DNA from: Lachnospiraceae bacterium
GTDB lineage: Bacteria; Bacillota; Clostridia; Lachnospirales; Lachnospiraceae
NCBI GenBank assembly: GCA_017621975.1
Contig: JAGARW010000051.1
Coordinates: forward strand, 17 to 64,016
DNA: 64,000 nucleotides
Reading direction: 5' to 3'
Of this stretch, positions 19,009-29,776 are shown one piece after another. The position numbers and the translations under genes were made by a program. The number at the start of each line of letters is the position of its first letter. The first letter of the stretch is position 1. A model generated the notes under the pieces. The model had not been told where the DNA came from. It did not search any database and saw nothing but the letters and a program-made list of their open reading frames with translations.

Positions 19009-19452
19009 CTATTCCTCTTCCGCTGCATATGGCTGGCCTGCAAATTTTTTCTCCATTGTAACAAGCGTCCCCTCGCCCGGTCTTGACGTCACATCCAGTT
19101 CATCCATAAAAGCTTCCATAAAAGAAAAGCCCATACCGGAACGGTCAAGCTCAGGCTTCGTCGTAAAAAGCGGCTCCATCGCCTGCCTGATGTTTTCAAT
19201 GCCTTTTCCGTAATCCTCTATTTCGATATGTATCTTAGAATCTTCCAAAATGCAGCGCAGCGCCACCTTACCGCCTTCCTCATCATAAGCATGGATCACT
19301 GCATTCGTCACCGCTTCGGAAACGGCAGTCTTTACATCCGCGACCTCCTCCAGCGTCGGATTAAACGGCGTCAGAAGCGCAGCCACCGCTACCCTGGCAA
19401 ACGCTTCATTGGCAGAAACGGCGTCAAATTCCATTTTTATTTCGTTACGCAT
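19009..19452 (-). CDS. spoIIAB: Anti-sigma F factor
   Basis: NEAFARVAVA, KTAVSEAVTNAVIH and RSGMGF motifs. Confidence 0.97.
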   Translation of the reverse strand: MRNEIKMEFDAVSANEAFARVAVAALLTPFNPTLEEVADVKTAVSEAVTNAVIHAYDEEGGKVALRCILEDSKIHIEIEDYGKGIENIRQAMEPLFTTKPELDRSGMGFSFMEAFMDELDVTSRPGEGTLVTMEKKFAGQPYAAEEE

Positions 19453-19464
19453 TGGTATCCTCCT

Positions 19465-19788
19465 CTACTCGATCACATTCAGAATATTTTTCAGCCCTGA
19501 CAGCCCGATAATCCGCCGGATTCTCTCGTCCGCGTTCACCGCATACACCTTCCCGCCAAAGCAGATAATCTTTTTATAACGCCCGACAATCAGTCCGACG
19601 CCCGAACTATCCATAAAACGCGTATCTTCAAAATCAAAAACGATATGTTTGACGGGTTCTTTCATAATATAGCCGTCCGCCGCTTTGCTGATCTTCGCCG
19701 CCTGGTGATGATCGATCTCCTCCGGCAAACGTATCATCAAATAATTTTCGATCATTTGCAGCCTTTCTTCCATTATATTTCCGCTCAT
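19465..19788 (-). CDS. spoIIAA: Anti-anti-sigma F factor (STAS domain)
   Basis: EIDHH and FMDSSGVGLIVGRYK motifs. Confidence 0.95.
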   Translation of the reverse strand: MSGNIMEERLQMIENYLMIRLPEEIDHHQAAKISKAADGYIMKEPVKHIVFDFEDTRFMDSSGVGLIVGRYKKIICFGGKVYAVNADERIRRIIGLSGLKNILNVIE

Positions 19789-19813
19789 TATAAGCCTCCT
19801 TTCCTAATAAACC

Positions 19814-19852
19814 CAAAAGAGGACACGACGTCTTACGTCATGTCCTCTTTTG
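19814..19852. terminator. Intrinsic terminator-like hairpin after the TPR gene
   Basis: CAAAAGAGGACACGACG...CGTCATGTCCTCTTTTG inverted repeat. Confidence 0.65.
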
Positions 19853-19872
19853 TATCATTACCGTTCCCGGCG

Positions 19873-21282
19873 TTATCCTTCATTCAATTCTTCCAAATAT
19901 TTCTGCGCTCTTCTTGCTCTTTCTGTTCCTTCAAATTTTGTAACAACAGAGGTATAAGCCTCTATCGCTTCGTCCGTATCGCCGTTCTGACGATACGCAT
20001 TCGCTAAGTTATAAAGAATATCGCCGTTTTCCTGATCGTACTGCGCCGCCTTTGTCAGATTTGTAATCGCTTCCTCATACATCTCTTTCTGATAAGCGTC
20101 TAGTCCCGCTTCATAATAAGACGACGCAATCGAAGGTCCTACCTGCGCAAGCAATGCCTGATATACATTCTGGAATCTTTCGGATTCTACCTGCCCTGCC
20201 GCTTCCATGTCAATCTTTTCAAACGACTGTGCGATCTGCTCCGTATCCTCCGGGTTCTCCATATAGACGCTTACTGTCTGAAGCAGTCCGTCCACTACCT
20301 CTAGCGCGCCGTCATTTCCAACGTAATCATTTAACTCCTGCTTCAGCTTCTCGTTTTCGTCGGTCAGCAGCTTTGCCTGCTGCTCCATTTCCTCGATCGT
20401 ACTCGTCTTTTTGTCGAGCTGCTCGCTGACCGCACGCAGCTCAGCCTGCGCCGCACTGTCCGCAGAACTCAGTCTTGACGGAAGAATCAGAAAGCACGCC
20501 GCCGCGATTCCGATTACAATTCCGATTCCGATATTCAATACGGTGGAAACGCTGCGGTTATCCCGATTGCCGACCGGCTGAATGATCGTTTCATTTCCGC
20601 TCTGATATTTTACTACATCGTCGGGAAGCGCCTTTTTCCGCATGCCGCCTCTGGCGTTCTCCGCCACGTCGAGCATTGCTTCCACTTCTTTGAGATATCT
20701 CCTCGTCGTCGTGTTGCCGGTATCGATACGGATACACTTATCTAACTCCCTTTTCGCTTTTTCCCATTCCTCCGCTTTCATATAAAGAAGAGCAAGAAGC
20801 TGATGTGCCCTGATATAATTCGGGTTTAAAGACAAAACCTTTTTTAGTTGGATCACCGCCAGATCCAATCCGTCCTGCTGGCAATATCCAAGCGCCAGAT
20901 TGTATTTTTTGATCGTCTGATTGATCGTTTCCAGACGACTTGGATTCTCCTGAATCATATTGATATAGTCGTCCGCAATGTTTTTTTCGGAACGAAGATT
21001 TTTACTGATAACCCACTCTCCCAGTCCTTTTACGACTTCGCCCATCTCAAAATAGACAAGACCGAGCAGATTACGCGCTTCGACATTATTTTTATTAAAC
21101 TTCAAACTTTGGCGTAAACTGGCAACAGCACCGGACAAATCGCGCACAGACGCCTTTTCCAATCCTTCATTGTAGAAAAAATTGGAGGCATACATAATCT
21201 TTTTATAAAGGGCTACATCGGCTCCGCAGCCCGTACAAAATTCCTTTTCCGATAACTGGCACCCGCAATTATAACATTTCAT
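19873..21282 (-). CDS. Zinc-ribbon / TPR membrane protein
   Basis: N-terminal CxxC...CxxC, TPR repeats, one central TM helix, a coiled coil and C-terminal TPRs. Confidence 0.88.
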   Translation of the reverse strand: MKCYNCGCQLSEKEFCTGCGADVALYKKIMYASNFFYNEGLEKASVRDLSGAVASLRQSLKFNKNNVEARNLLGLVYFEMGEVVKGLGEWVISKNLRSEKNIADDYINMIQENPSRLETINQTIKKYNLALGYCQQDGLDLAVIQLKKVLSLNPNYIRAHQLLALLYMKAEEWEKAKRELDKCIRIDTGNTTTRRYLKEVEAMLDVAENARGGMRKKALPDDVVKYQSGNETIIQPVGNRDNRSVSTVLNIGIGIVIGIAAACFLILPSRLSSADSAAQAELRAVSEQLDKKTSTIEEMEQQAKLLTDENEKLKQELNDYVGNDGALEVVDGLLQTVSVYMENPEDTEQIAQSFEKIDMEAAGQVESERFQNVYQALLAQVGPSIASSYYEAGLDAYQKEMYEEAITNLTKAAQYDQENGDILYNLANAYRQNGDTDEAIEAYTSVVTKFEGTERARRAQKYLEELNEG

Positions 21283-21291
21283 GCAGTACCT

Positions 21292-21450
21292 CTATTCTAA
21301 TCTTCTCTGATCTTCCTTTTCTGCTTCCTTCATCATCCCGACAAGCATATCCGCCACATCGGTCAGATCCTGATTATAGATCGCATCCTCCGCGTCCTCT
21401 ACTTCAAGGCTGGGATGAAATTTTTTTAATTCTTCTTCAAAATTAATCAT
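21292..21450 (-). CDS. Small acidic hypothetical protein (52 aa; not in ORF track)
   Basis: MINFEEELKKFHPSLEVEDAEDAIYNQDLTDVADML...; GGAGG RBS; fills the gap between folC and the TPR gene. Confidence 0.8.
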   Translation of the reverse strand: MINFEEELKKFHPSLEVEDAEDAIYNQDLTDVADMLVGMMKEAEKEDQRRLE

Positions 21451-21477
21451 GATAATCCTCCATTGAAAAATCGGCGT

Positions 21478-22785
21478 TCAGCATGATCTTTCAATCTGAA
21501 TTCTCTTAATATGGCTCTTAACTTCTCCCGCCAGATACAGAGAGCCGGCAATATAAACCGTATCTCCCGGCTGCTTTGCCGAAAGAAGCGCTGTAAGCGC
21601 ACTGCCCGTATCTTCAAAACCGCATACATCGCTGCCTGCCTTTGCAAAAGCCTCCTGCAGCGCCTTCAGGGAAAGCCCTCTTGTATTGTTCAGTTCCGTT
21701 ACAAAAATGCCCTCAAACGTCCTATCAGACGTCAGAAGCCTTATCATCTCTTCATATTGTTTATCGCAGACCGCGGAAAAAAGAAGCAGCTTCCTGCCGC
21801 TCCCGCTCCTATGCACAGCGTCCAGAAATGCCTGTATTCCATCCGCATTATGCGCGCCGTCCACATATACGTCAGGGAAAATCTCTTCCATTCTGGCTTC
21901 CCATCTCATCTCACGCATTCCCTCCAGCAAAGCCTCGCTGCCGACAGGCAGACGCTCCGCAAGCACATCAAGCGCCGCAAGCGCAAGCGCCGCATTCTCC
22001 GCCTGATAAGGCGCATGCGCCGAAAGGGAACATCTAATATATCCATAATACCGAGTATCATAAGAAAAATCAATGAAATTTTTATGAAACTCCAAATTTC
22101 GTACGTCATGTTTCGACACGGAAAATGCCGGACAACCAAGCATTTCGGCACGCTTTTTTATGACCCCGGAGCTTTCCGCCCTGTTGTCGGCAAATACGAC
22201 CGGAACGTTTTTCTGCAAAATTCCGGCTTTTTCTCCGGCAATCTGTTCGATCGTATCGCCCAGATATTCCATATGGTCATAACCGATCTCCGTTATAATA
22301 CACAGTTCCTTTTTGCCGACGGAATTTGTCGCATCCAGTCGTCCGCCAAGCCCTGTCTCCAAAATGACGATCTGCACGTCGTTTTGCTCAAAATAAAGCA
22401 TCGCCATAAAAAACAGCATCTCAAAAAACGTCGGATGGTACGCCGGATTTTCTGAAAGACCCCCGGATACAGCCGCTTTCACCTGCTCAAAACAGGAAAG
22501 AAATTCCTGCTTCGAAATCATTTCTCCGTCAATACGGAAACGTTCCCGCATCGTTACAAGATGCGGCGAGGTAAACATACCGACACGATAACCCGCTTTC
22601 CGAAAAACAGACGACAAATAGGCACAAACAGAGCCTTTTCCGTTTGTGCCCGCAACATGGATTATTTTTTTATCCTCTCCCGGACATCCGAGCTTCCTTA
22701 AAAAAGCCCTTGTATCGTCCAATGTATTTTTCTTCGTAAATTTGGGGATTTCCAAAAGATACGATTCCGCTTCTTCATATTCCAT
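21478..22785 (-). CDS. folC: Folylpolyglutamate synthase / dihydrofolate synthase
   Basis: IHVAGTNGKGS, FTSPHL, ETGLGGRLDATN and DGAHN motifs. Confidence 0.95.
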   Translation of the reverse strand: MEYEEAESYLLEIPKFTKKNTLDDTRAFLRKLGCPGEDKKIIHVAGTNGKGSVCAYLSSVFRKAGYRVGMFTSPHLVTMRERFRIDGEMISKQEFLSCFEQVKAAVSGGLSENPAYHPTFFEMLFFMAMLYFEQNDVQIVILETGLGGRLDATNSVGKKELCIITEIGYDHMEYLGDTIEQIAGEKAGILQKNVPVVFADNRAESSGVIKKRAEMLGCPAFSVSKHDVRNLEFHKNFIDFSYDTRYYGYIRCSLSAHAPYQAENAALALAALDVLAERLPVGSEALLEGMREMRWEARMEEIFPDVYVDGAHNADGIQAFLDAVHRSGSGRKLLLFSAVCDKQYEEMIRLLTSDRTFEGIFVTELNNTRGLSLKALQEAFAKAGSDVCGFEDTGSALTALLSAKQPGDTVYIAGSLYLAGEVKSHIKRIQIERSC

Positions 22786-22798
22786 TGTTTTCCATCCA

Positions 22799-24262
22799 TT
22801 ATGATCCTGTCACAGCCAGCCTGCGGTAATCCTCCGAAACGATCTCGCCGCCGATACAGCGGTAGGTTGCATACTGAATACCGCCCGGCGCCGGTTTGCT
22901 ATAGCCTTCAATACTGAGAATAACGCCCTTGTAGGTCGTTCCTTCCGCATTGATTCTTGTGCCCCTGCCCTTTTCAATACGCAGACTGCAGCGTTCGATC
23001 TCTTCACGGACCTCGTCCAACTGTTTGAAATATTCGTCCTTTTTGCCGTTTAACAGCACAAGGCTGCCGCCTGCGGCTTCGCCCTGAAACTGCTTGCGTT
23101 TGATCAGTTCTTCCATCCGGGAAAGAACGTCCTGCAGCTTCTCTTCAAGGTCCTTCTCACGCTCAATGCATCTTGTATAGCGGTCGTAGATCTCCTTTTC
23201 ATATCCCGCGTGAACAATCGTCTTCACCTCTGCCGGATTGCCGAGATGATACGCCTCAATGCCCTGAAGGGCGGAAACCTTGCCGCCGATAATGCTGCCG
23301 CGCTTGCCGCTTACAATGATCCTGCCCCCTGCCTTAACGTTGGCGTTCAGAATATAATTCGCTTCGACATTGATCTCGGCATTGACGTCGCACTGCTCCA
23401 AAAAGTTTGCGTAAATGCTTCCTCTCGAACGTACTTTGCCTTTCATATTCCCCTGAATGCCGCGTTTCAGAACAATGTCTCCTCCGGCAAACAGTTCGGC
23501 GCTTTCGATCGTCCCCTCGACGACCAGATTTCTGCCGGCGCGGATCACCACGCCTGCGCCGACATTTCCGCTGATTGTCACGTCGCCGAAAAATTCGATT
23601 CTGCCCGTGCTCAGATCAACGTCTCCGCTGACCTCATGTACCGTACGGATGTCGATATTGCCGTTTTTCATCTCAATCTTGCCGGCTACTTTGGCGTAAT
23701 AAATATTACCCCGTCTCTCGATGCTGAGTCCACGAAGAGGCTGAAGTTCCCTGATAACGCCGCTTTTCAGCACATTGCCTTCCACGTCGTAGCCGTCTTC
23801 TCCGCCGACGGCCGGATGATATTCCGCCAGTTCTTCTCCGACCTTTACGCTTTGCAGCATACTCATACTGCTGTAATCAACGGAGCCGTCCTCCCGGATC
23901 GCCGGCGCTGCGACGATCTCATCCGGCGTAAAAAAGTATTCGTAATAGCCGTCTTTCCCTTCAACGACTTCCTTGCCTTTTGCCACAAGAATCTCTCTTT
24001 GATATACGCCCTTTTTGGACATAGCAATAAGGCGAGGCATCAGGTATCCTGTTGTCACACCTTCCGCACGGAGCATCTCCAGAAGTTCATCCACTCTGTA
24101 CCGTCCCCCTGTTTCAGAAGGCTCCGCCAGATACAGCCACGCCTCCATCCGATCGTCGGAAATGCGGACATAGGATTTTTCCCGAATCATGCTGCCATGT
24201 AAAAATCTTTTTTTCAGCTCCGCCAACTGTTCTCTCGTTAGTGTTAAGATTTCTTCTTCCAT
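22799..24262 (-). CDS. FapA / DUF342 family protein
   Basis: PAIREDGSVDY and GDVDLSTGRIEFFGDV beta-helix repeats; C-terminal coiled coil. Confidence 0.88.
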   Translation of the reverse strand: MEEEILTLTREQLAELKKRFLHGSMIREKSYVRISDDRMEAWLYLAEPSETGGRYRVDELLEMLRAEGVTTGYLMPRLIAMSKKGVYQREILVAKGKEVVEGKDGYYEYFFTPDEIVAAPAIREDGSVDYSSMSMLQSVKVGEELAEYHPAVGGEDGYDVEGNVLKSGVIRELQPLRGLSIERRGNIYYAKVAGKIEMKNGNIDIRTVHEVSGDVDLSTGRIEFFGDVTISGNVGAGVVIRAGRNLVVEGTIESAELFAGGDIVLKRGIQGNMKGKVRSRGSIYANFLEQCDVNAEINVEANYILNANVKAGGRIIVSGKRGSIIGGKVSALQGIEAYHLGNPAEVKTIVHAGYEKEIYDRYTRCIEREKDLEEKLQDVLSRMEELIKRKQFQGEAAGGSLVLLNGKKDEYFKQLDEVREEIERCSLRIEKGRGTRINAEGTTYKGVILSIEGYSKPAPGGIQYATYRCIGGEIVSEDYRRLAVTGS

Positions 24263-24336
24263 AGAGCATACCCGCCGCCGCTAAGGGGCAGCGCATGCTG
24301 CTCTTAGCGGCAGATTCTTTCTATCTACAGTATCTC

Positions 24337-27000
24337 TTATTTTTGTAATTGTTGCAAGCGGTTTTCCACTTGTTCCATCATCTGCGTATATTTTTTCAGC
24401 TTTTCTTTTTCTTCTTCGATCTTTGCCGCCGGCGCTTTGGAAATAAACCTCTCATTGGAAAGCATGCCGTCGCAGCGCGCAATCTCGCCGGTCAGTCTCT
24501 TCTTTTCCTTTTCCAGACGTTCGATCTCCTGCTTTATGTCAACCAATTCGGCAAACGGAATATAAACGGTCGCATCGGCGATCACAACAGACACGGCATC
24601 GTCGGCGATTCCGCTCTTATCCGCCTGTATCACAACCTCGGAAGCATACGCAAGAGAAGCAAAGAACAGACTGCCTTCTGCAAAAGCGGCGCGTACGTCC
24701 TCCTTCGGGCTGACAACATATACCTTTGCCTTTCTGCCCGGCGCAACGTTCATCTCCGTACGAACGTTGCGGATTCCCCGTACGGCTTCTTTAATCGTCT
24801 CAATATCCTTCTCTTCCTTTGCAAAATTCCATTCGTCCCGGTAAAGAGGCCATGCGGAGATCATGATCGATTCTTCCTCGTCCTGCAGATTGCAGAAAAT
24901 CTCTTCGGTAATAAACGGCATATACGGATGCAGAAGCTTGAGCGCCGTAATCAGCACAGTCCGCAGCGTCCAGAGCGCCGCGCTGCTGCTTTCTGCGTCG
25001 TCACTGTTATACAATCTCGGCTTTACCATTTCAATATACCAGTCGCAGAACTCATCCCAGATAAAATCATAAACCTTTTGTACGGCAATACCGAGTTCAA
25101 AGTGCTCCATATTGTCGGTCGCTTCCTTCACAAGTCCGTTTAGTTTAGAAAGAATCCATTTATCAACCGGCTGCAGCTGCTCAGGCTGGCAGGCGCTTAC
25201 CGTCCTGCCCTCCATATTCATCATAATAAAACGGGAAGCGTTCCATACCTTATTGGCAAAATTGCGGCTCGCCTCAACCCTTTCATAGTAAAAACGCATA
25301 TCGTTGCCCGGAGCGTTGCCCGTGATCAGCGTCAGGCGCAGCGCATCCGCGCCGTACTGGTCGATAATCTCAAGTGGATCAATACCGTTGCCAAGCGACT
25401 TGGACATTTTACGGCCTTGGGAATCCCTGACAAGTCCGTGGAACAATACCGTTTTAAACGGCTTCTCGCCCATCTGTTCATAGCCTGAGAATATCATGCG
25501 GATTACCCAGAAAAAGATAATGTCATATCCGGTCACAAGCACATCCGTTGGATAGAAATACTTCAGATCCTCTGTCTGCTCCGGCCAACCCAGTGTAGAG
25601 AACGGCCACAGAGCGGAAGAAAACCAAGTATCCAGCGTATCCTCATCCTGCGTAAAATGCGTTCCGCCGCATTTCGGGCATACGGACGGCTTCTCCTTTG
25701 CAACGACAGTCTCGCCGCAGTCGTCGCAGTAATAAGCGGGAATCCTGTGTCCCCACCAGAGCTGTCTGGAAATACACCAGTCGCGGATATTGTCCGTCCA
25801 GTTAAAGTACGTCTTTTCCATACGCTCCGGAATCAGCTTGATCTCGCCGTTTTTCACCGCCTCTGCGGCAGGCTTTATCAGCTCGTCCATCTTGACGAAC
25901 CACTGCTTCTTGATCATCGGTTCGATCGTCGTTTTACATCTGTCATGCGTGCCGACATTGTGAGAATAATCCTCGATGCGGACGAGCAGTCCCATCGCAT
26001 CCAGTTCTTCTACGATCGCAGCCCTTGCCTCATAGCGGTCCATCCCCTTGAACTTGCCGCCGTTTTCATTGATCGTCGCATCATCGTTTAAAATATTGAT
26101 TTCCGGCAGATTATGTCTCTTTCCTACTTCGAAATCATTCGGGTCATGCGCGGGCGTGATCTTAACGACGCCGGTACCAAATTCCATATCGACATACGAA
26201 TCCGCAACGATCGGAATCTCTCTGTTCACAATCGGCAGCATCACCTTCCGTCCGATCAGCGCCTTGTATCTGTCGTCCTCCGGGTTGACCGCAACCGCGG
26301 TATCGCCAAGCATTGTTTCCGGTCTTGTCGTAGCGAACTCCAGAAATTCCGTTTTGCTCACGCTGCCGTCTTCTTCGATCAGCGGATATTTGATATGCCA
26401 GAAATGCCCTGCCTGTTCTTCGTATTCCACTTCCGCGTCGGAAATCGACGTATTGCAGACCGGACACCAGTTTACGATACGGCTGCCCTTATAGATCCAG
26501 CCTTTCTCATGCATTTTGCAGAATACTTCCGTAACCGCCTTATTGCAGCCCTCGTCCATCGTGAAACGTTCTCTGTCCCAGTCGCAGGAAGAACCGAGCT
26601 TCTTTAACTGGCTGATAATTCTGCCGCCGTATTCCCGTTTCCAATCCCACGCTCTCTCAAGAAAGCCTTCTCTGCCGAGGTCATGCTTGTCGATGCCTTC
26701 TTCTTTCAGCTTCTCAATGATCTTAACTTCCGTCGCAATGCTCGCATGATCCGTGCCCGGCTGCCATAACGCGTTGTAGCCCTGCATTCTCTTAAAACGG
26801 ATGATAATATCCTGCATCGTATTGTCGAGCGCATGCCCCATATGGAGCTGTCCTGTGATATTTGGCGGCGGAATCACGATCGTAAACGGTTTCTTCGTCC
26901 GATCGACCTCCGCATGAAAATACTTTTTCTCCATCCATTTCTGATACAATCTGTCCTCTATGCCTTTCGGGTCATAGGTTTTTGCAAGTTCCCTGCTCAT
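24337..27000 (-). CDS. valS: Valine--tRNA ligase
   Basis: HMGH, KMSKS and [12 protein letters not shown] motifs. Likely start is ATG 27000 ([11 protein letters not shown]) with a GGAGG RBS. Confidence 0.98.
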   Translation of the reverse strand: MSRELAKTYDPKGIEDRLYQKWMEKKYFHAEVDRTKKPFTIVIPPPNITGQLHMGHALDNTMQDIIIRFKRMQGYNALWQPGTDHASIATEVKIIEKLKEEGIDKHDLGREGFLERAWDWKREYGGRIISQLKKLGSSCDWDRERFTMDEGCNKAVTEVFCKMHEKGWIYKGSRIVNWCPVCNTSISDAEVEYEEQAGHFWHIKYPLIEEDGSVSKTEFLEFATTRPETMLGDTAVAVNPEDDRYKALIGRKVMLPIVNREIPIVADSYVDMEFGTGVVKITPAHDPNDFEVGKRHNLPEINILNDDATINENGGKFKGMDRYEARAAIVEELDAMGLLVRIEDYSHNVGTHDRCKTTIEPMIKKQWFVKMDELIKPAAEAVKNGEIKLIPERMEKTYFNWTDNIRDWCISRQLWWGHRIPAYYCDDCGETVVAKEKPSVCPKCGGTHFTQDEDTLDTWFSSALWPFSTLGWPEQTEDLKYFYPTDVLVTGYDIIFFWVIRMIFSGYEQMGEKPFKTVLFHGLVRDSQGRKMSKSLGNGIDPLEIIDQYGADALRLTLITGNAPGNDMRFYYERVEASRNFANKVWNASRFIMMNMEGRTVSACQPEQLQPVDKWILSKLNGLVKEATDNMEHFELGIAVQKVYDFIWDEFCDWYIEMVKPRLYNSDDAESSSAALWTLRTVLITALKLLHPYMPFITEEIFCNLQDEEESIMISAWPLYRDEWNFAKEEKDIETIKEAVRGIRNVRTEMNVAPGRKAKVYVVSPKEDVRAAFAEGSLFFASLAYASEVVIQADKSGIADDAVSVVIADATVYIPFAELVDIKQEIERLEKEKKRLTGEIARCDGMLSNERFISKAPAAKIEEEKEKLKKYTQMMEQVENRLQQLQK

Positions 27001-27023
27001 AAAAAGCCTCCTTTTATGATATT

Positions 27024-27313
27024 CGTACGACATTTTTACAATGACCGGCGTTTTACGTGAATTCATTTCAGCGAATGCGGCTTGTGAAAGATATTAGATT
27101 TTCTTAATATCCTGTTCGTTTTCAGCAGTTTTCGGACACGATGTCCGAAAAAGGCGAAACTGAGCCATGGATGGCGAATTTCCGCCGACTGCGTTAAATT
27201 GACAGTTTCTTTTATCAGGATATTTAGAAAATCTTATATCTGTAACCCAGTCGCAGGAGTTGAAATACATTCACGCAAAACGCCCCGGTCAATGAAAAAC
27301 GGCTTTTCGTACG
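27024..27313. repeat. Long palindromic repeat element, copy B (inverted), inside the valS leader
   Basis: Core TTTTCGGACACGATGTCCGAAAAAGGCGAAACTGAGCCATGGATGGCGAAT is nearly the exact reverse complement of the A/C core. The arms have diverged but remain self-complementary. Confidence 0.85.
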
Positions 27314-27319
27314 CCGCCG

Positions 27320-27600
27320 GCATAAAAAACGCCCTTTACCGATTGCTCGATAAAGGGCGAAAAATCCGCGGTACCACCTTTGTTTCTTACTCATAAGTCC
27401 TTAACGGGGACAAAACGTGAAGTCTTACTGATATAGAATCCATTCTTTGGCGAAACGGTTTCCGCCGTATCCCCTGTATTTCTATCGTTCAGACTCCCGG
27501 TTCCAAAGCTACCTTCCGTGTCCTTGCCTCAAACCGTCTTGCAGCCAATGGACGGCTCTCTCTGCTAAGCGGGGCGCACGTACTCCTCTTTGTCATTACC
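27320..27600 (-). promoter_or_regulatory. T-box riboswitch with valine specifier (GUA)
   Basis: AAGGTGGTACCGCG T-box at ~27367-27380. Stem I has AGAGAG and GGCTGCA motifs and a GAAG-GTA specifier loop. Terminator CGCCCTTTA...TAAAGGGCG followed by a T-run. Confidence 0.93.
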
Positions 27601-27633
27601 TTTTCTTATCAAACGCTAACTATATCTATTAAA

Positions 27634-27662
27634 ATAATAGTGACTGCACGGGAATTTGTCAA
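27634..27662 (-). promoter_or_regulatory. Sigma-A promoter for the valS T-box leader
   Basis: TTGACA, 17 nt, TATTAT. Confidence 0.7.
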
Positions 27663-27925
27663 GGCGTTATCATCCAAATATATTTTGCATACAATATGCA
27701 AAGTACCTAAAAGTAGCCATTCCACGCAAAAAAGTACCAGAAAGTAGCTATTCTGATACTTTATTAACAATCTTTTTCGTTTGCTCCAATCATACTTCCT
27801 AAGAGCATTGCTATCTTAGCATACTCTTTTGTCAAACGCAAGCCGTTTTGCAAAAAAGCAGCCGTATTTCAGTATAAAATCAACCGCGTTTTTCGACAAA
27901 ACGGCAAATTCAAAGCCATATCGCG

Positions 27926-29776
27926 CTACTCCAACTCGCTCAGGCCCGTATACAGCTTATAATATCTGCCCTTCTGCTCCAGGAGCGTCTCATGGTCGCC
28001 GCGTTCGATAATCTCGCCGTTTTCCAGCACCATGATCGCGTTCGCATTGCGGACGGTCGAAAGCCTGTGCGCGATCACAAGCGTCGTGCGCTCCGCCATC
28101 AGGCGGTCCATGCCGCGTTCAATATGCTTTTCGGTTCTTGTATCGACCGAGCTTGTCGCCTCGTCGAGAATCAGGATCGGCGCCTTGGAAATTGCCGCGC
28201 GGGCAATGTTCAGAAGCTGCCTCTGTCCCTGGCTTAAGTTTGCTCCGTCTCCCTCCAGCATCGTGTCATAGCCGTGCTCCAGACGCATAATAAACGAATG
28301 CGCGCTTGCGGTCTTCGCCGCTTCGATTACTTCCTCATCCGTTGCGTCCAGCCTGCCGTACCTGATATTTTCCATAACGGTTCCGGCAAACAGATGCGTA
28401 TCCTGCAGTACCATCGCTACATTCCGGCGCAGCGACGCGCGGCTGATGTCCATAATATCCACGCCGTCTATCGTAATGCTTCCGCTCTCGATATCATAAA
28501 AACGGTTGATCAGATTGGTAATAGTCGTCTTGCCCGCTCCGGTCGAACCGACAAACGCGATCTTCTGACCCGGCTTGGCATAGAGCGTAATATGCTTCAA
28601 TATCGTTTTACCGGGAAGATAACCGAACGTCACGTTCTGTAATACGATCTCCGAATGAAACGCCGGACTTTCCCGCTTGAACGCATACTTTTCGTTACCC
28701 TTCGGCACATCCCAGAAGCATTTTCCGTCCTTTTCAACGATTGAGAGCGCGTCCTTTCTGTCCTTTGTCTCTTCCGCTTCATCCATAACCGCAAACACCC
28801 GCTCGGCGCCCGCTAAAGCGGAAAAGATCGTATTCATCTGCATGGAAAGCTCGTTGATCGGACGGCTGAACTGTCTTGAGTAATTTACAAAAACGGTAAG
28901 TCCGCCGACGTCAAAGCCGCGCAGAACGCAGAGAATACCGCCGACTACTGCGGTCAACGTATAGTTGATCTGGCTCATGTTTCCCATAACGGGACCCATG
29001 ATTCCGCCAAAGAACTGCGCGCCAAGCTGTTTCTCCCGCAGCGTTTTGTTGTAGCCTTCAAAATCCCGTACCGCCTGCTCTTCATGGCAGAACACCTTAA
29101 CGACCTTCTGACCCGTCACGGTCTCCTCAATATAACCGTTCAGTTCTCCAAGCGCCGCCTGCTGCGCCTGATAATATTTGCGGCTCCGCTTCGCAACGCC
29201 CCCGCCCGCTTTCAGCATGAGCGGCAGCATCACGATCGTTATGATCGTCAGATAAAAATTCGTATACAGCATAAGAGAAAACGTCCCGACAATGCTGATA
29301 ACGCCCGATATGATCTGTACAAGCGTCTGATTCAGCATCTCGCCGACCGCATCCACATCGTTTGTAAAACGGCTCATCACGTCGCCGTGGTTGTTGCTGT
29401 CAAAATAGCGTACCGGCAGCTTTTGTATTTTATCAAATAATTCGTTCCGAAGTTTCTGCAGAGCGTTCTGCGCTACGCCGATCATAATGCGCGCCTGAAA
29501 ATACTGCGACAGAATCCCCGCCGCATAGATCAGCAGCATCACAAAAACCGATCTCGCCAGAAACGCAAGATCGCCGTCCCCCGAAGCAAGCCCGTTGATG
29601 ATCGGTCTGAGCATATAAGAGCCCGCCAGCGACGACAGGGCAGTCACGATCACGCAGAAAAATACGATCACAAGCCTGCCCTTATCCTGCTCCAGATAAG
29701 CGGTCAGACGGCCGATCGTTTTTCTCGTATTCTTTGGTTTGCCAAAATCATGCAGTCCCCGATTTGGTCCCGGCAT
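27926..29776 (-). CDS. ABC exporter ATP-binding/permease subunit
   Basis: TM domain plus GSTGAGKTT, LSQGQRQ, ILDEATS and IAHRLST motifs. Confidence 0.95.
   Translation of the reverse strand: MPGPNRGLHDFGKPKNTRKTIGRLTAYLEQDKGRLVIVFFCVIVTALSSLAGSYMLRPIINGLASGDGDLAFLARSVFVMLLIYAAGILSQYFQARIMIGVAQNALQKLRNELFDKIQKLPVRYFDSNNHGDVMSRFTNDVDAVGEMLNQTLVQIISGVISIVGTFSLMLYTNFYLTIITIVMLPLMLKAGGGVAKRSRKYYQAQQAALGELNGYIEETVTGQKVVKVFCHEEQAVRDFEGYNKTLREKQLGAQFFGGIMGPVMGNMSQINYTLTAVVGGILCVLRGFDVGGLTVFVNYSRQFSRPINELSMQMNTIFSALAGAERVFAVMDEAEETKDRKDALSIVEKDGKCFWDVPKGNEKYAFKRESPAFHSEIVLQNVTFGYLPGKTILKHITLYAKPGQKIAFVGSTGAGKTTITNLINRFYDIESGSITIDGVDIMDISRASLRRNVAMVLQDTHLFAGTVMENIRYGRLDATDEEVIEAAKTASAHSFIMRLEHGYDTMLEGDGANLSQGQRQLLNIARAAISKAPILILDEATSSVDTRTEKHIERGMDRLMAERTTLVIAHRLSTVRNANAIMVLENGEIIERGDHETLLEQKGRYYKLYTGLSELE

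Noticed and set aside
27001-27066. N-terminal extension of ValS in the ORF track
   Set aside because: It lies within the palindromic element; the RBS supports ATG 27000.
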